This document shows positions 1 through 12,500 of a stretch of DNA of 64,000 nucleotides, piece by piece. This DNA comes from Mobula birostris (lineage: Eukaryota). A program made the translations under genes and the position numbers. The notes below the pieces were generated by a model that was not told where the DNA came from, did no database searches, and worked only from the letters and a program-made list of their open reading frames with translations. Position 1 is the stretch's first letter; every line of letters begins with the position of its first letter. The stretch lies in assembly GCF_030028105.1 (NCBI RefSeq), contig NC_092377.1, forward strand, positions 79,824,569 through 79,888,568, given 5' to 3'.

Positions 1-119
1 TGTCCAAAAATGAAATATAAACACAGAAGCATCTCAAACACTTATAGTTTGTGATATTTGAACTTTCAGAAGACGTCAATATAATGCCTCAGAGGAGATT
101 ACAAAACAAAATTGAAAGT

Positions 120-1100
120 TATATACTGACATGAACTGAGAATTGGGTGAAGAAAACAGGCAGGATTGGTTTTGAGTGGGAGTCTGTAATTTGTTGGGGG
201 GGGGGGTGTTATGATGTTGCAGGGACTGTCCATCTACGTCAATAATTTAGATAAGGGGACCAGGCATAATAAATCGAAGTTTGCTGAGGATATAAAACTT
301 GATGATGATGTGAGCTAAAAGATGATTCACAGCGGTTCCGGGAGACAGAAAGTGGTGATAGTTTGAAGGGTATGGACATTGCAAAAGGTACTCTTTTACT
401 TGAAATCACTGAAGGTTAGCAATGCAGGCAAAGCAATGAATAAGGAAGGCAAATAGAGTGTTGGCCTGTATTATTGGAAGATATGAGTATGGGAGTAAAA
501 CTATCTCACTGTAATTATATATGGAACTGATGTGACCACACAGGAAAAGTGCTGCTTCATCTGTTTAATGTAGGTAACACTGCTTGATTTTATTTCAGAT
601 TTCAATGATGTATTTTGTGCTAGTTATGGAGGCTGTAAGAACAACTTTATGTTCCGGTCTTCCTACCCAGAGAAGGATACACTTACTACAGATGGAATTC
701 AAGTTGAGTAGAGATGAAACAGACTGACCCTAGGCTCCCTTCTGTAGAGAATGATGAGTGGTGATATAATTGAAACATAAACAGTTCTCATATGGTCTAA
801 AAGGAATGCTGGGATGATGTTTCCCCTGTTGAGGGGCCTAGAACCAGGATCTCAGTCTCAAAATAAGGGATCGTTAATTTAGGACAACTGAGGAGAATAT
901 CTTCACCCAAAAGCCAGTGAATTCTCCACCGAGGAGGGCTGTGGAGGATACGGTGCTCAGTATATTCAAGGCAAGGTCAATAAATTCTAGAAAGAATAAA
1001 CAGAACTATGGGTTATAGTACAAGAAAGGTTAAAGACTGGACATGAGATGATAGAACAGCAGAGCAGATAAGAGGCCAAATGGCCTCTACCAGTTGTCGC
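120..1100 (+). mobile_element. Highly decayed CR1 LINE (RT remnant plus 3' end)
   Basis: aagtttgctgaggatataaaactt (KFADDTKL-like) at ~277-300, and a CR1-type 3' end ggccaaatggcct at ~1074-1086. Confidence 0.65.
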
Positions 1101-1699
1101 TTTTGTGTATTAAATTCTTATGACCCTGCAACATTGACACAATATACCATAGATGCAAGATAATGCTTTGTATATTCAAAAAAATAAGGCAGACTCTGTA
1201 GTGTGAGAGAAAATAAGAACCACAAAAGTTTAGTCAGGGAGCTGACAGTATTGGCAAATGGGCTGCATAGAATGCAGCACTGTAGTGGTCATGCATTTAA
1301 ATTTAGCTTAAAACCTCAGTCCTACTAATTCATACTAATTCAACTAAATAACAAATCAGACTTGCAATTCTTGCACTACTATTGCAATGTTCCTTTTGTA
1401 ATTTTCATAAGCTTGAGGCCTTTTAAATCTGTACTGATTGTATCCTAATCTTGACTCCCAGTGAAGCAATGGCACATTTTTCCCATGGTCTCAAGCTCTA
1501 ATTATCTCCATGAATGTCCCCAGCTCCTGCTATTCCCTGATATATTGCTCTGGGAATTCTGGCATTATTCCACTATTTAGTGGGCCAAGTGTACAACTCT
1601 AAACTAATTCTGACCACTTGCTCACTGACAAATTTTAAGCACCCTACCACTGGTCACTATAAGATCCAGAATTTCTGCTCCATTTGTACTGAAGACCTG

Positions 1700-2990
1700 T
1701 ACTAATCAACTGGCTGGAGTGTTTACTGAACACCTTTAAGCTTGCACTCCAGCAGTCTGAGCTACTCACCTGCTTCAAGTAGACTTCAATCATACCAGTG
1801 CCCAAGAAAAACATGGTGACCTGTCTCAATGACTATCGTCCAGTCACACTTACATCGACTGCGATGAAGCATATCAGCATCTAACTGAGGAGTGACTTGG
1901 ATCTGCTACAATTTGCCTACCGTTATAATAGGTGCCATTTCACTGGCTCTTCATCTCAGCTCTGGGACATCTGAAGCTGCATACACCAGAATGCTTTCCA
2001 TTGACTATAGCTCAGCACTAAACACCATAGTTCCCACAAAACTAATCAATAAGATCCAAGACCAAGGCCTTAATACCTTCTTGGGCAACTGGATCCTCGA
2101 TTTCCTGACTTGCAGACTCGTCAGTTTGGAATGTCAACAACATCTCCTCCACAATCACCATCCGCACAGGTGCACCACAAGGCTGTGTGCTTGACCTGCA
2201 TTACTTGCTTTATTCTTAAGTACAGTTCCAATGCTATATATATATATTTATAGCGATATATTTATTTATTTATTTTTGCTGGCAATACCATTGGCGTTGT
2301 CTAAATCAAAGGCCTGGTTCATGGACCCACGGTTTCTTCCTCCTTTAGTAAATAATATTTGGTTTTGCTGATGTTGAATGAGAGGTTGTTGTGGCACCAT
2401 TCAACCAAATTTTCAATCTCCCTGTGCCACAATTTGTGTGGTCTGGAAATAACACCTCCACCTTGCTGACAATCAACACTGGCACACCTCAGGGATATGT
2501 GCATAGCCCACTGCTCTACTTTCTCTACACCCATGACTCTGGCCAGGCATAGCTCAAATGCCATCTATTAATTTGCTGATGATACATCCATTGTTGGCAG
2601 AATCTCAGATGGTGACGAAAGGTCGCATAGGAGCGATATATTCCAGTTAGTTGAGTGGTGTGGCAGCAACAACCTTGCACTCAATGTCAGCAAGAGCAAA
2701 GAGCTGATTGTGAACTTCAGAAATGGTAAAACAAGGGAACAAAAACCATTCCTCACAGAGTGATCAGAACTGGAGAGAGTGAGCAATTTCAAGTTTCTGG
2801 GCGTGAATATCTCTGAGGACCTAATCTGGACACAACATATCCAAGCAGCTATAAAGGCACAACAGCGGCTATATATCATCAGGAGTTTGAGAAGATTTGG
2901 TTTGTCACCTAAGACACTCGAAAACGTCTACAGATGTACCATGGAGAGCATTCTGACTGGCTACATCACCGTCTGGTATGGCGGGGAGCG
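1700..2990 (+). mobile_element. Rex/Babar-type LINE RT fragments (two pieces plus a small inverted segment at ~2313-2424)
   Basis: Peptides LNDYRPVTLTS, RMLSIDYSSALNTIVP..LGNWILDFLT, FADDTSIVG and FKFLGVNISEDLIW..CTMESILTGYITVWYG; the minus-strand piece reads REIENLVEWCHNNLSFNISKTK. Confidence 0.8.
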
Positions 2991-3909
2991 ATAATTAATT
3001 TAATTTGAATTTTGATACCACTCCATCTCTCTTGCCTCCTTCTGGACGCTAATTAAAACCTGTCTTTGTAAATTTTTCTCATCTGCTCTAAAATTTTGTC
3101 TGCGAACCATGTCCTTAAGTAACTTTCAACACTCTGTTATATTAAAATCACAGTATAAATGGTAGTGTTTTTTGTCTTAATTTACATCAGTGGTCTTAAG
3201 ATAAATATCCTTAGGGAAAGTAAGGCCTCCAATTCATACACCATATTAGCAAAGATGGTCTGGCTGGTGAGGTGTCCCCACTGCTGAGACTTTACTGTGC
3301 TTCTCAAGATGCTTCCCAGGAGCAGAGGACCAGTTTGATTGATTCTGACCCTGGGCGGCCATGACATGCAATGAGCCTAGGTAACCAAACTCCATTCGTT
3401 TCCAGCCTCATGGAAAAACGTAATAATCCTGTGGCCTGTATTTGTTCTTTAAGAAAGGGAACTTAGAATTTGAGAGGAAGGATGCAAGGGGGTTGGCTTT
3501 TACTTTGTTTTCAGTTGATTACTTTGGTGCCAATTGCAAGACAAAAGATGCACCCTCCCTGAAAATTCTGTAGCTGCTCTTTCAGATGTGCCTGACCACA
3601 GTGGATACCAAAGGATGGGTAAGACTGTTCAATGCACCCTTTGTATGCTAAAGATGAACTCTTGATCTCTCATCTGCTTCTTCATGGTCTTGCAGTTAAG
3701 TGTCCACCTCTGTAAATGCAACACTACGTTCAGACTTCTGTTATTTGTTTCCCTTTTGTGATACCTTGGACGTACTATGTATTGGAATGATCTGTTTGGA
3801 TGCTACGTAAACAGAACTTTTACACTTAATTCCTGGTACATTTGATAATAATTATCAATGAGCGATTTTAAGCTCAAACTTTACACTGCACTTGTTTTTA
3901 TACTGGTAC

Positions 3910-4050
3910 CTTTGCTACATCTTCCTGGAAGGCCATGAAATTGAGATATGAAATGTTGACCAAGTCAGGACCATAAACCACCGTCATCATCCTGCTCTCC
4001 AGACGACTGCCCTGATTTCCAACATCCAACAGCTCGCGGAGCTTGGTGTC
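3910..4050 (-). CDS. PLCB1: Internal coding exon of phospholipase C beta-1 (PH domain; equivalent to mammalian exon 4)
   Basis: Minus strand reads gttccgtttttgtttgctAG|GACACC...GCAAAG|GTacca, 141 nt, phase 0/0. It translates to [47 protein letters not shown], closely matching mammalian PLCB1 [46 protein letters not shown] as recalled. Confidence 0.92.
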
Positions 4051-4799
4051 CTAGCAAACAAAAACGGAACATGGGTTTTCAATGCATTTCCTCTGCTCAA
4101 TATATGCATGTGTGTATTATGATCAATATTATATCAATCAAAACATTTAACTCCTCATTATAAACTACATATACTTGATAAACTTTCATATGATTTTATA
4201 TATTAAACATTACATCAATCAAAATTATTTATATCTTCATTATGAAGTACATAAAACAATTGATAAAATCTTCTTGGTGTATGAAATTAGTCATCGCTTA
4301 AGATTAAACAAAGCAGCCCTGAGAAATAGAATGTTATTTACTTCTACTGTGAGCACCCAGATCTAGCTTGTATCAAAATCACGCCAGCATTACGCTGAGA
4401 TCGCAAACGCTCAAGGAACAATCACCAATTGTACGAATCAGAGCACAACAGAGCACATGTGGAATCCCCATTCTTTGACTGACTTATGTTGAACGACGCA
4501 ACTATCCGCTGTGGACGCTTCAATGCTGAGAACATAGTTCAAAGTTTTCTAAATCTACATCAGAAGTGCAGTATGCACAGAGTGGAAAAACTTCTATGGT
4601 GTCATTGTGGCTCCAACTTAAAAGCTGGTTGAAGTGGCAAAGAAACAGGACTCTAAAAATTTCTGTGACACAACAAACACATTTGTTTCAGTTCATCGCT
4701 CTACTAAAAAGATATTACAGCCATCTGCTTTTCTCAGTGAATTCTTTGGGATGTCCTGTTTAATGTTTCTATGAAGCTCCTTAATTAACTGTGTAGGTA

Positions 4800-5015
4800 T
4801 CATCAAAAGGAAAATTGTTGTCTAGCCAATATTTACTATTCAGATAACAGGAATAAAAATGGATTATTTGACCATTATTTCACATTGGCTGTGCAGATTC
4901 TTGCTATGAACGAATTGACTGCTGATGAGAGAGTGACCACACTTCAAAAGAATTTAATTAGCAGTAAAGTACAACTGGGCATCCCAAAGACATGACGGAA
5001 GTACATTGATACAAC
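4800..5015 (+). mobile_element. Old DeuSINE (SacSINE1-like) 3' part
   Basis: Resembles the recalled shark SINE tail: gccaatattta...gattatttgaccattat...gtgaccacacttcaaaagaatttaattagcagtaaag. Confidence 0.55.
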
Positions 5016-5164
5016 ATCCTCATTTCCTTAGAGTAGAGGTAGGATTTTGATTATCTTATATTGGATTAGTGTCTTGCATTAAAGCAACAGATATGCTTCA
5101 CAGAAATTCTTTGATGTGCCAATATCGGAAGCATTAATTTGAAGCTGGCAGTAAACCAGACAAG

Positions 5165-5490
5165 AAGAAAACCTTATATTTATGTAGTGCTCTTCAGAGT
5201 CAACTCAGGGTCTTCCAATGCACTTTACAGCAATTAAGAACTTTTGAAGAATATTTAATGCAGGAAATGTGGTGCAGTGATCACTTTGTTTTTTTATGAT
5301 CTTGACGGAGTGTAAATCTCGTCCAGGACATGGGGAGAAGGACCATTCTCTCCTTCAAAAGATGCCACCTCCACTGAGAGATCTCATTCAGAAAAATCCA
5401 CCTCTCATTGCAATGCTTGTGTAACCCTCTGGAATTCTCGCCAAGCCTTTGGACTGGGGCTTGAACTCACAACTCTCTGAGCAAGGTTTT
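5165..5490 (-). mobile_element. Old DeuSINE (SacSINE1-like), opposite orientation
   Basis: Reverse-complement tail (gcactttacagcaattaagaacttttgaag) and a tRNA-like head remnant (ggcttgaactcacaactctctga). Confidence 0.55.
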
Positions 5491-6027
5491 CGTACAATTA
5501 GGCTATTGAATAGCACAAATAGATGCATAAGATTTACTATCTTTGTAACTTATTGAATCATTGAACACTCAACTGAACAAAAGTTACACACATAACACAA
5601 CCAATCTTAAAGGCATGTTACACATACTGTATAAAGACATAAAACTATTGCCCCTTCAATAAAGCTAAACCCATACAATCAAAAGTAATAATTTACACAT
5701 GTAAAACTACATAATCAGTTTACTGTGCTTAATTATTTACAAATTTGATCAATCATGAATTCACTCAATTTTTTGGTTTCCTCTTTCTTCACTGTGGGGT
5801 ATGTCTAATTCAGACAGTAGCCATTCCAGTAGATCACTTCTCCAGAGAAGGTATCATACACATCTAGTCTTATATCCAGTCTGCTGTTAATGCTTCAACA
5901 TAATTGCCTTCGTTATGCAGAATATATTTTATTTCATATCCTTCATCACCATCTTTCTTATAATCATATATCAATCTAACACGTGATGAATAATTCTCAA
6001 GTACCGTAATAAAGTAACACGTTACAT

Positions 6028-6290
6028 AGGGGGGTGAAGATACTTCTCTATCAAAGGAGGTGAAATGTGCTCCTTCCCACCACTCGCCTGCAGGTCACCC
6101 TTGGGCAAGGTGTAGTACCTGCTTAGACCCCAGTCAGGGTCACGTGAAGCCGTGGGAGCAGGTGATGGATGGTCATATAATCTCTGAAGAGTATTGATAA
6201 TGGCTGGGGTCACGCATCTTGTAAAGACACCGACCAGAAGAAGGCGATGACAAACAACTTCTGTAGATATCATACGACATGATACATAAC
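6028..6290 (+). mobile_element. Short non-autonomous interspersed repeat, possibly RTE-related
   Basis: GC-richer block in AT-rich flanks; gaaggcgatgacaaacaacttc resembles the RTE ggcaatggcaaaccact motif. Confidence 0.4.
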
Positions 6291-7779
6291 AAACGAATGA
6301 TACACTGCATTAGATATATTATTCAATTTCCCTAAGTTAATTGCAACAATCTAAGTCCTGATGCAGAGTTTCAACCCAAAACTTTGACTATCCCTCTGCC
6401 TGATTGGATGCTGCCTGACCCAGAGATCATCCAGTAGATTTCCATTTTCTCCAGATTCCAGTATCTGCATTCTCTTGTGTCTACAACAATCTCTACCTTG
6501 ATTGCTTCTTAAGGTTTTTTTTTGTTACAGCCATCTTTCATCTCAACTTCCACCCAATTGTCACTGGACCATTCTTCATTTCTGTGTCACTTGTGAAGTC
6601 ATAAAGTTACTCCATGTGTCTTTCACTTTCTGGACTGAAGCCAAAGTTTTAAGTGCCACATATCAGCTTTTGGTCTGTCTTTCCATGCTCTGGCTGCACC
6701 GTATTGATGTCCATATTTGTTATGATATCAGGGGTTCTGAACTGTGCCACACTCCAATGCAGTGTATTGCAATACTTTATTGCATTGAGGCACTGAATGA
6801 ACGGAGGTTGTCGTTGAAGTTTCAGTGCTACTTCTGCATTTCAAAATTAAAATGTACCCTGGCACAAAATAAAATACCATACTTCACAACTCTTTCCAAT
6901 TTACCTCAAGTAATTTGATTGAAACTCTGTTCTAACTCTGTCACTTGTTAGCTCTGCATATTAACCAATGAATAAAATAATCATCTGTATAATTGCGAAG
7001 ACAAAATGACTAACTAGATGTGCAGGGGACAATTAAACCAAGGCTTTACCAACTTGAATGCTGGTCTTATCAAACAGTTCAAGTCATATCTCTTGCACCC
7101 TGACTCAAAGTTAAGACTGCGTTGATAAATTGTGAGAGATAAATTTGCCTCAGATATGCCATCGCAAAGCCAAACCACCCAAGGACAAAAGTCAAGGAGA
7201 TTCTATAAAGTCAGCTGAGCATCCATGAGAGATGGCACAATAGACAATGAAGTCTTGCCATGTGTAAAATTCTAAATTGAAGTGTTGTGTGGAGCAGAAA
7301 GATAATGAGAAGAATGGCAATATAATCTTCCACTCCACCTCCTACTTCGTGCTTCTCTGAGTAAATAGCATCATAAATTAATATTTTTCTGCCTGACAAC
7401 ATCTTTTTCAGTCCCTGTGCTTCTGCAGTAGCCCAGGTGTGATATTTAATTGAATCTATACATGAAATCAGATTCTTGAAATCTTTGCATTGATCCTATA
7501 GAGAAATATATCAGCTATCAGGACTAAACGCAAGCAGAAATAATTCAACAAATTAGAGCTATATGTTATATTTCTCTCCTGAAATTAAACACAAGTTAGA
7601 GACAATTGCCAGTTTGTGGGCAGTAGCAAAGCCTGATAACGAGGCACTTTGAACAATCCCATTCTTTCTCCTCAGTTTCTGCCTGAACTAATTCAAACTT
7701 TCCTACTATTATTTGTTAAAGTTGGCATTCTATATTAATTCTATTTTGCTTTCATTAGAAACCAGCTCATGGATATCTC

Positions 7780-9420
7780 CAACACGTCACTTATCCGGGC
7801 TGCTGTCCCCATGTACTTCAAACCAGCGACCATCACCACCGTACTAAAGAACTCTGCACCTTCAGAATGAAACAACTATCACCCAGTGGCAAAGACAGCA
7901 TTCACCATGAACAGCTTTGAACAGCTGGTAATGGCACGTATCTAAAAATCCTTTCTTGCCACACAGGACATGCAGCAATATGCTTACCAACAGAACCGCT
8001 GTACGACAGTCACCATGGCACCTGTCAAGTACCTGGCCCTGACATACCTAGAAAACGACGACACTTATGTCAGAATGCTGTTTCTGGATTTCAGTCTGAT
8101 ATTCAACACTACAGGGGACTCGGGAGTCGATCGGAACTTGAGACTTTTTTTTTTACCGAGTCCATGGTCTGTTCATTATCAAATTATGGTATTGTTTTGC
8201 ACTGCTGTAACTATATGTTATAATTATGTGGTTCTGTCAGTGTTAGTTTTTGGTTTGTCCTGTTTTCTGTGATATCACTCTGGAGGAACATTGTATCATT
8301 TCTTAATGCATGTATGCATTTCTAAATGACAATAAAAGAGGACTGAGTGTTCTCATAATCTAATCTAATCTATTGTCCCATTGATCTCAGTGAACGAACT
8401 CCTACCCCTTGGTCTAAGTACCTCACTGTGCAGCTGGCTGTTTGACTTCCTAACCAGCAGACCTCAGATAGTCGGAATGCACAGCCGCTCCCCCTCCCCA
8501 TCACCCTCAACACAGTGCCCCCTCAGGGCTGTGAGCCCATTGCTGTACACTCTGCTCACACATGACCGCACGGCGAAACACCCGAGTGATCGCTGATGGC
8601 ATGACAGTGGTGGGGCTCACCACCAACAACACATATAGAGAGGGAGTGGCCCAATGCCAGACCAACAACCTCTTCCTCAGTGTCAACAAGACAAAGGAAA
8701 TGGCCATTGACTTCAGGAGAACTTGCAACACCTACAGCTCTCTTTACATCAGCGGCACAGCAGTTTCAAACTGCTGGGCATGTACATCTCGCAAAACCTC
8801 TCATGGTCCCAGAACACATCCTCCACAATCAGGAAAGCTCGCCAACACCTCTAATTTCTAAGAAGGATGAAGAGACCTGGTCTGTTCATATCCATACCCA
8901 CATCCTTCTGCAGATGCGCAGTGGAGGGCATCCAAGCATGCTGCATCATTTGCATGGTACAGAAGCTGCATTGCAGTGAGTAAGGTGGCTCTACAATGGG
9001 AAGTCGAAACTGCCTAACGCATCACCGCACCAGCCCACCTCCCATCAAGGACATATAAACAGAAAGGTGCCAGGAAAAGGTCAGCAACATCACGAAGGTT
9101 CCCTCCCTTCCTGCTCATTCCCATCAGGGAGAAGGTTATGTAGCATCTCTGCCAGGACAACCAGAGTCAAAAACAGTTACCTTCCCCAAGCAGTAAAGAC
9201 TGATCAACACTTCCACTCACTCCACAGACCCCACCACCAGTACTCCTGTGCCTAGTGTCACTTTATGGATATACTATCAATCTACATATATGTTATCTTA
9301 TGTATTTATAGTTATTGTGTTTTTATCTTATTATGTTTTTTGGTGCTATATCAGATCTAGGGTCTCAATTATTTAGTTCTCCTTTGCACTTGTGAACTGG
9401 AAATGGCATTAAATAATCTT
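7780..9420 (+). mobile_element. Rex/Babar-type LINE, 5'-truncated and decayed, interrupted at ~8111-8370
   Basis: Peptides YVRMLFLDFSLIFNT, LCSWLFDFLTSRPQ and LSVNKTKEMAIDFRR; a 3' UTR-like AT-rich tail follows. Confidence 0.8.
8111..8370 (+). mobile_element. LINE 3'-UTR fragment ending in (TAATC)n, nested in the Rex/Babar copy
   Basis: Splits the host at ttcaacacta|...|ttgtccca; has AATAAA and a taatctaatctaatc tail; a near-identical reverse copy lies at ~50376-50585. Confidence 0.7.
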
Positions 9421-10261
9421 GGTTAGTTCTTATTGTTGCTGACTAGACTTCCATGTGGAATAACAAAGTAAATGCAGGTTGAATCTCTAGTCTGGCCTGT
9501 TTTGAATTTGTAATACAGACTTATACCAATTAACTCTAGTTAAGATCAAAGTAAGACCTAAAATTAAATAAGATCTGTACTAACAATGAATGTTTGCGAT
9601 TTCGGCCAACAGCATTTCCTGCTCGTGGTAACTTTGGGTTATGCACATGATGTGGGAAGTGTTTATACTTAAATAGTTCTCCTGCTTGATAATGATTGGG
9701 GGGAGTCCCTTGTGGTCCAGATTTTCTGTGCTCCTGGCACCAGTGAAGTCCTAAAAGTATCAGACTAAAGAGACTATAAGTATGTATTAGGAACAAGCAT
9801 TTCTTCAATATCAAGAGCAGATGTCAGTGTATATCAGTTCCTTCCTACAAAACAATGATTCAGTGAGATTATGCATGGAATTTCCTAGCTTCATTTTTCT
9901 GATGCAAATGAACTTTGTTGGGACTTGCATAGCCCTGCTGTCACAGATATGTTGGCAACCAAAAGAATCATAATGGAAACTCAACCCATGACCTTCTGCT
10001 GAGTATTATTGAAAGAAAGAAATCTTGTATCGCCTGTACCTATGAAGTCCCTCGAGTCAGTAAAGCATTTTTTTTTGTGGGTCTGTAATCATGGCATTGT
10101 GAGAAATGTGCCAGTCAAATTGTGGGCAGAAAATTTCAACAGGTAGGCCAATAAAAAGAAAGGGGCAATTCCAACAGGACAAGGAATCACCATCAAGAAT
10201 CATCCTGCTCACAAATCCTTTCTATGGGCGGATAGCTGTTAAAATGGTACTACAATGTGTA

Positions 10262-10602
10262 CAAGGGGTGATTGATAAGTTCGTAGCCTAAGGTAGAAGG
10301 AACTGAGTTATCAACTTCAAACTTTCTGCATAATCACTCAAAGAGTTGAACTGCATGTGCATGTAACGAGAGCTGTATAACTCATCTCCTTCTACCTTAG
10401 GCCACGAACTTATCACCCCTGCTGTGGACAACTTTCTGGAGGTCCAAGACGTCGACTTCTACAAAGAAGGGATCCGTAAGCTCCACGACCGCTGGACTAA
10501 GTGTGTAAATGTAGGAGGGGACTATGTTGAAAAGTAAATATGCTAGGTTTTCTAAAATTGACTCCTTCTACCTTAGGCCATGAACTTATCAATCATCCCT
10601 CA
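10262..10602 (+). mobile_element. Mariner-derived MITE with ~40-bp TIRs, TA flanks and a transposase C-terminal remnant
   Basis: TA|caaggggtgattgataagttcgtagcctaaggtagaagga ... tccttctaccttaggccatgaacttatcaatcatccctca|TA. 10421-10537 encodes AVDNFLEVQDVDFYKEGIRKLHDRWTKCVNVGGDYVEK*, a typical mariner C-terminus. Confidence 0.85.
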
Positions 10603-11749
10603 TATTTTACAACACTGCCTTGAATAGATCTAATCCAGACAATATTAACTGTGAGTTAACCGCGAGTATTAGTCCCTTTTGGTAATGAAGACTAATTACT
10701 TGGGCTACTCTAGAGTGCTGTACAGAAGTCCATATATTCCATATCCATATGGTTCAAACATATTTTATATAGCAGGTATTATAAATTGTTTCCATTAATT
10801 GACAAATTACCAATGCACATAAGGATCCTCAATGATATGTTGTTTTGACATGGGCATCCTAAGGCCAAAGCCTCTTAAATAGAAGAGCTACACACATTTT
10901 CAATCACTGCACTGGTGCAAAATCTCATCCAGTTCTTCATTTCCCACCAAAGTTGCACCGGCTGCATATTCATTACAATCACATTACAAGTTATTCAGAG
11001 CAGAGAGCCCTGGTGAAGTGCTGCTTTTCATTGTCACATCTGCAGCTGAGATTCTCAATAAGAGCAACAGATTACTGATCAAACTCAAACAAATGCCACT
11101 TTTACAATAATTAATTGAAGGTTAAACTGTAATTTATCCTCAAACTAGTTGAAATTCTATTTATTTTGAAACACGATGTAAATCAGTCACTTGTACCGAA
11201 TTCTAATCCTTCCAAACTGACTGTCACTGCCGTTTTATCTTCTCCACAATGAGCACAATATTCTCTCATCACTTTTTCCATTACACCAACAAGCCAAAAT
11301 CAGGCATAGCTTATCTATCTATAAATCCTCCGATTCACCATCTGAAGGCGAATTACAAATTGACCTCGTGGAATTAAAAATTACAGATAAAAAGGCCAAA
11401 GCTCTATCCACATAGACTGGTGACATACAGTATAAAAGGATTGATTAACTGTTCATCTTGTTCATATTGTGTTGAAAGGTAGTCTGCTGTGCTGATCATC
11501 AACCCAAGCCAGATCACTAGTTTGCATAAAATATTTATGAAATTGTTAGCATATGTCAGACAAGAAACACAAGAGAATTTCAGGATCAGGATGCTTGTAT
11601 TGCTTAAAAAAACAAGCAACTAATGTGAACATTTTCCCTTTTTCATTGCACACATCATAAGATTTGGATTGTTGACTAAATCAATCTGAAAGACAAAGAA
11701 CACTTGAAAACACAAGCCAACTCCAATAGCAGTACTTATTCATCATTCA

Positions 11750-12500
11750 TCCAGGCGAAGACATGGTAGATACAGCCCAGTTCATCACAGGAAAAGAGCA
11801 TCCCAATATTGAGCACATCTGCATGGACTGCTACCACAGGAAAGCAGCATCCATCATCAAGGATCCCCATCAGGCTATGCTCTCTACTCACTACTACCAT
11901 TGAGAAGGAGGTACAGGATCTTTAGGTCCCACACTCATACCAGGTTCAGGAACAGTTATTACCCCTCAGCCAACAGGCTCCTGAACTAGTGTGGATAACT
12001 TTACTCACCTCAACTCTGAACTGAGTCCACAACCTACACTCACTTCCAAGGACTCTACAACTCATGTTCACACATATTATTTGTTTTTTTTTTAATTGCA
12101 CAATTTGTCTTCTACAACATTGGTTGTTTGTGAGTCTTTGTTTATGCATAGTTTTACATCAATTTTATTGTATTTGAAAAAGGATCTGGTACAGCCCCGG
12201 CGTATATGACATTTTTTTTATGGCTTCCAGCGAGGTACAAATATCAATTATAGCCGAGGTTTCAATGACAAGCTCTGTCATCTTCTTCAGGGATGATGCA
12301 TGGGTATGTGTAGTCTGATGGTATTTATACCCCCATAGTCTATCCCTCCTAATTGGTTAGTCCTCATCCAATCAGGTTTCATTTAGACTTTATTAAGCCC
12401 AAGAAGAGTTTATTCATTTATTCTTTTTTTCTGTAAATGACTGCAAGAAAATGAATGAATGGATAGTATAGGGTACTTGGATAATAAATTTACTTTGACT
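11750..12500 (+). mobile_element. Rex/Babar LINE 3' end, interrupted by a Penelope-like fragment (~12180-12410)
   Basis: ggaaagcagcatccatcatcaaggatcccc...caggttcaggaacagttattaccc; tail ataataaatttactttgactttga. Confidence 0.65.
12254..12293 (-). ncRNA. Degenerate hammerhead ribozyme motif of a second Penelope-like family
   Basis: Minus strand: CTGAAGA agATGACA gagct TGTCATt GAAAC CTCgg, i.e. CUGANGA, a 6-bp stem II and GAAA. Confidence 0.5.

Noticed and set aside
5870-6000. Minus-strand peptide ending EALTADWI, reminiscent of the LRP YWTD-repeat motif EGLAVDWI
   Set aside because: A stop codon follows immediately, there is no YWTD and there are no convincing splice sites; chance match.
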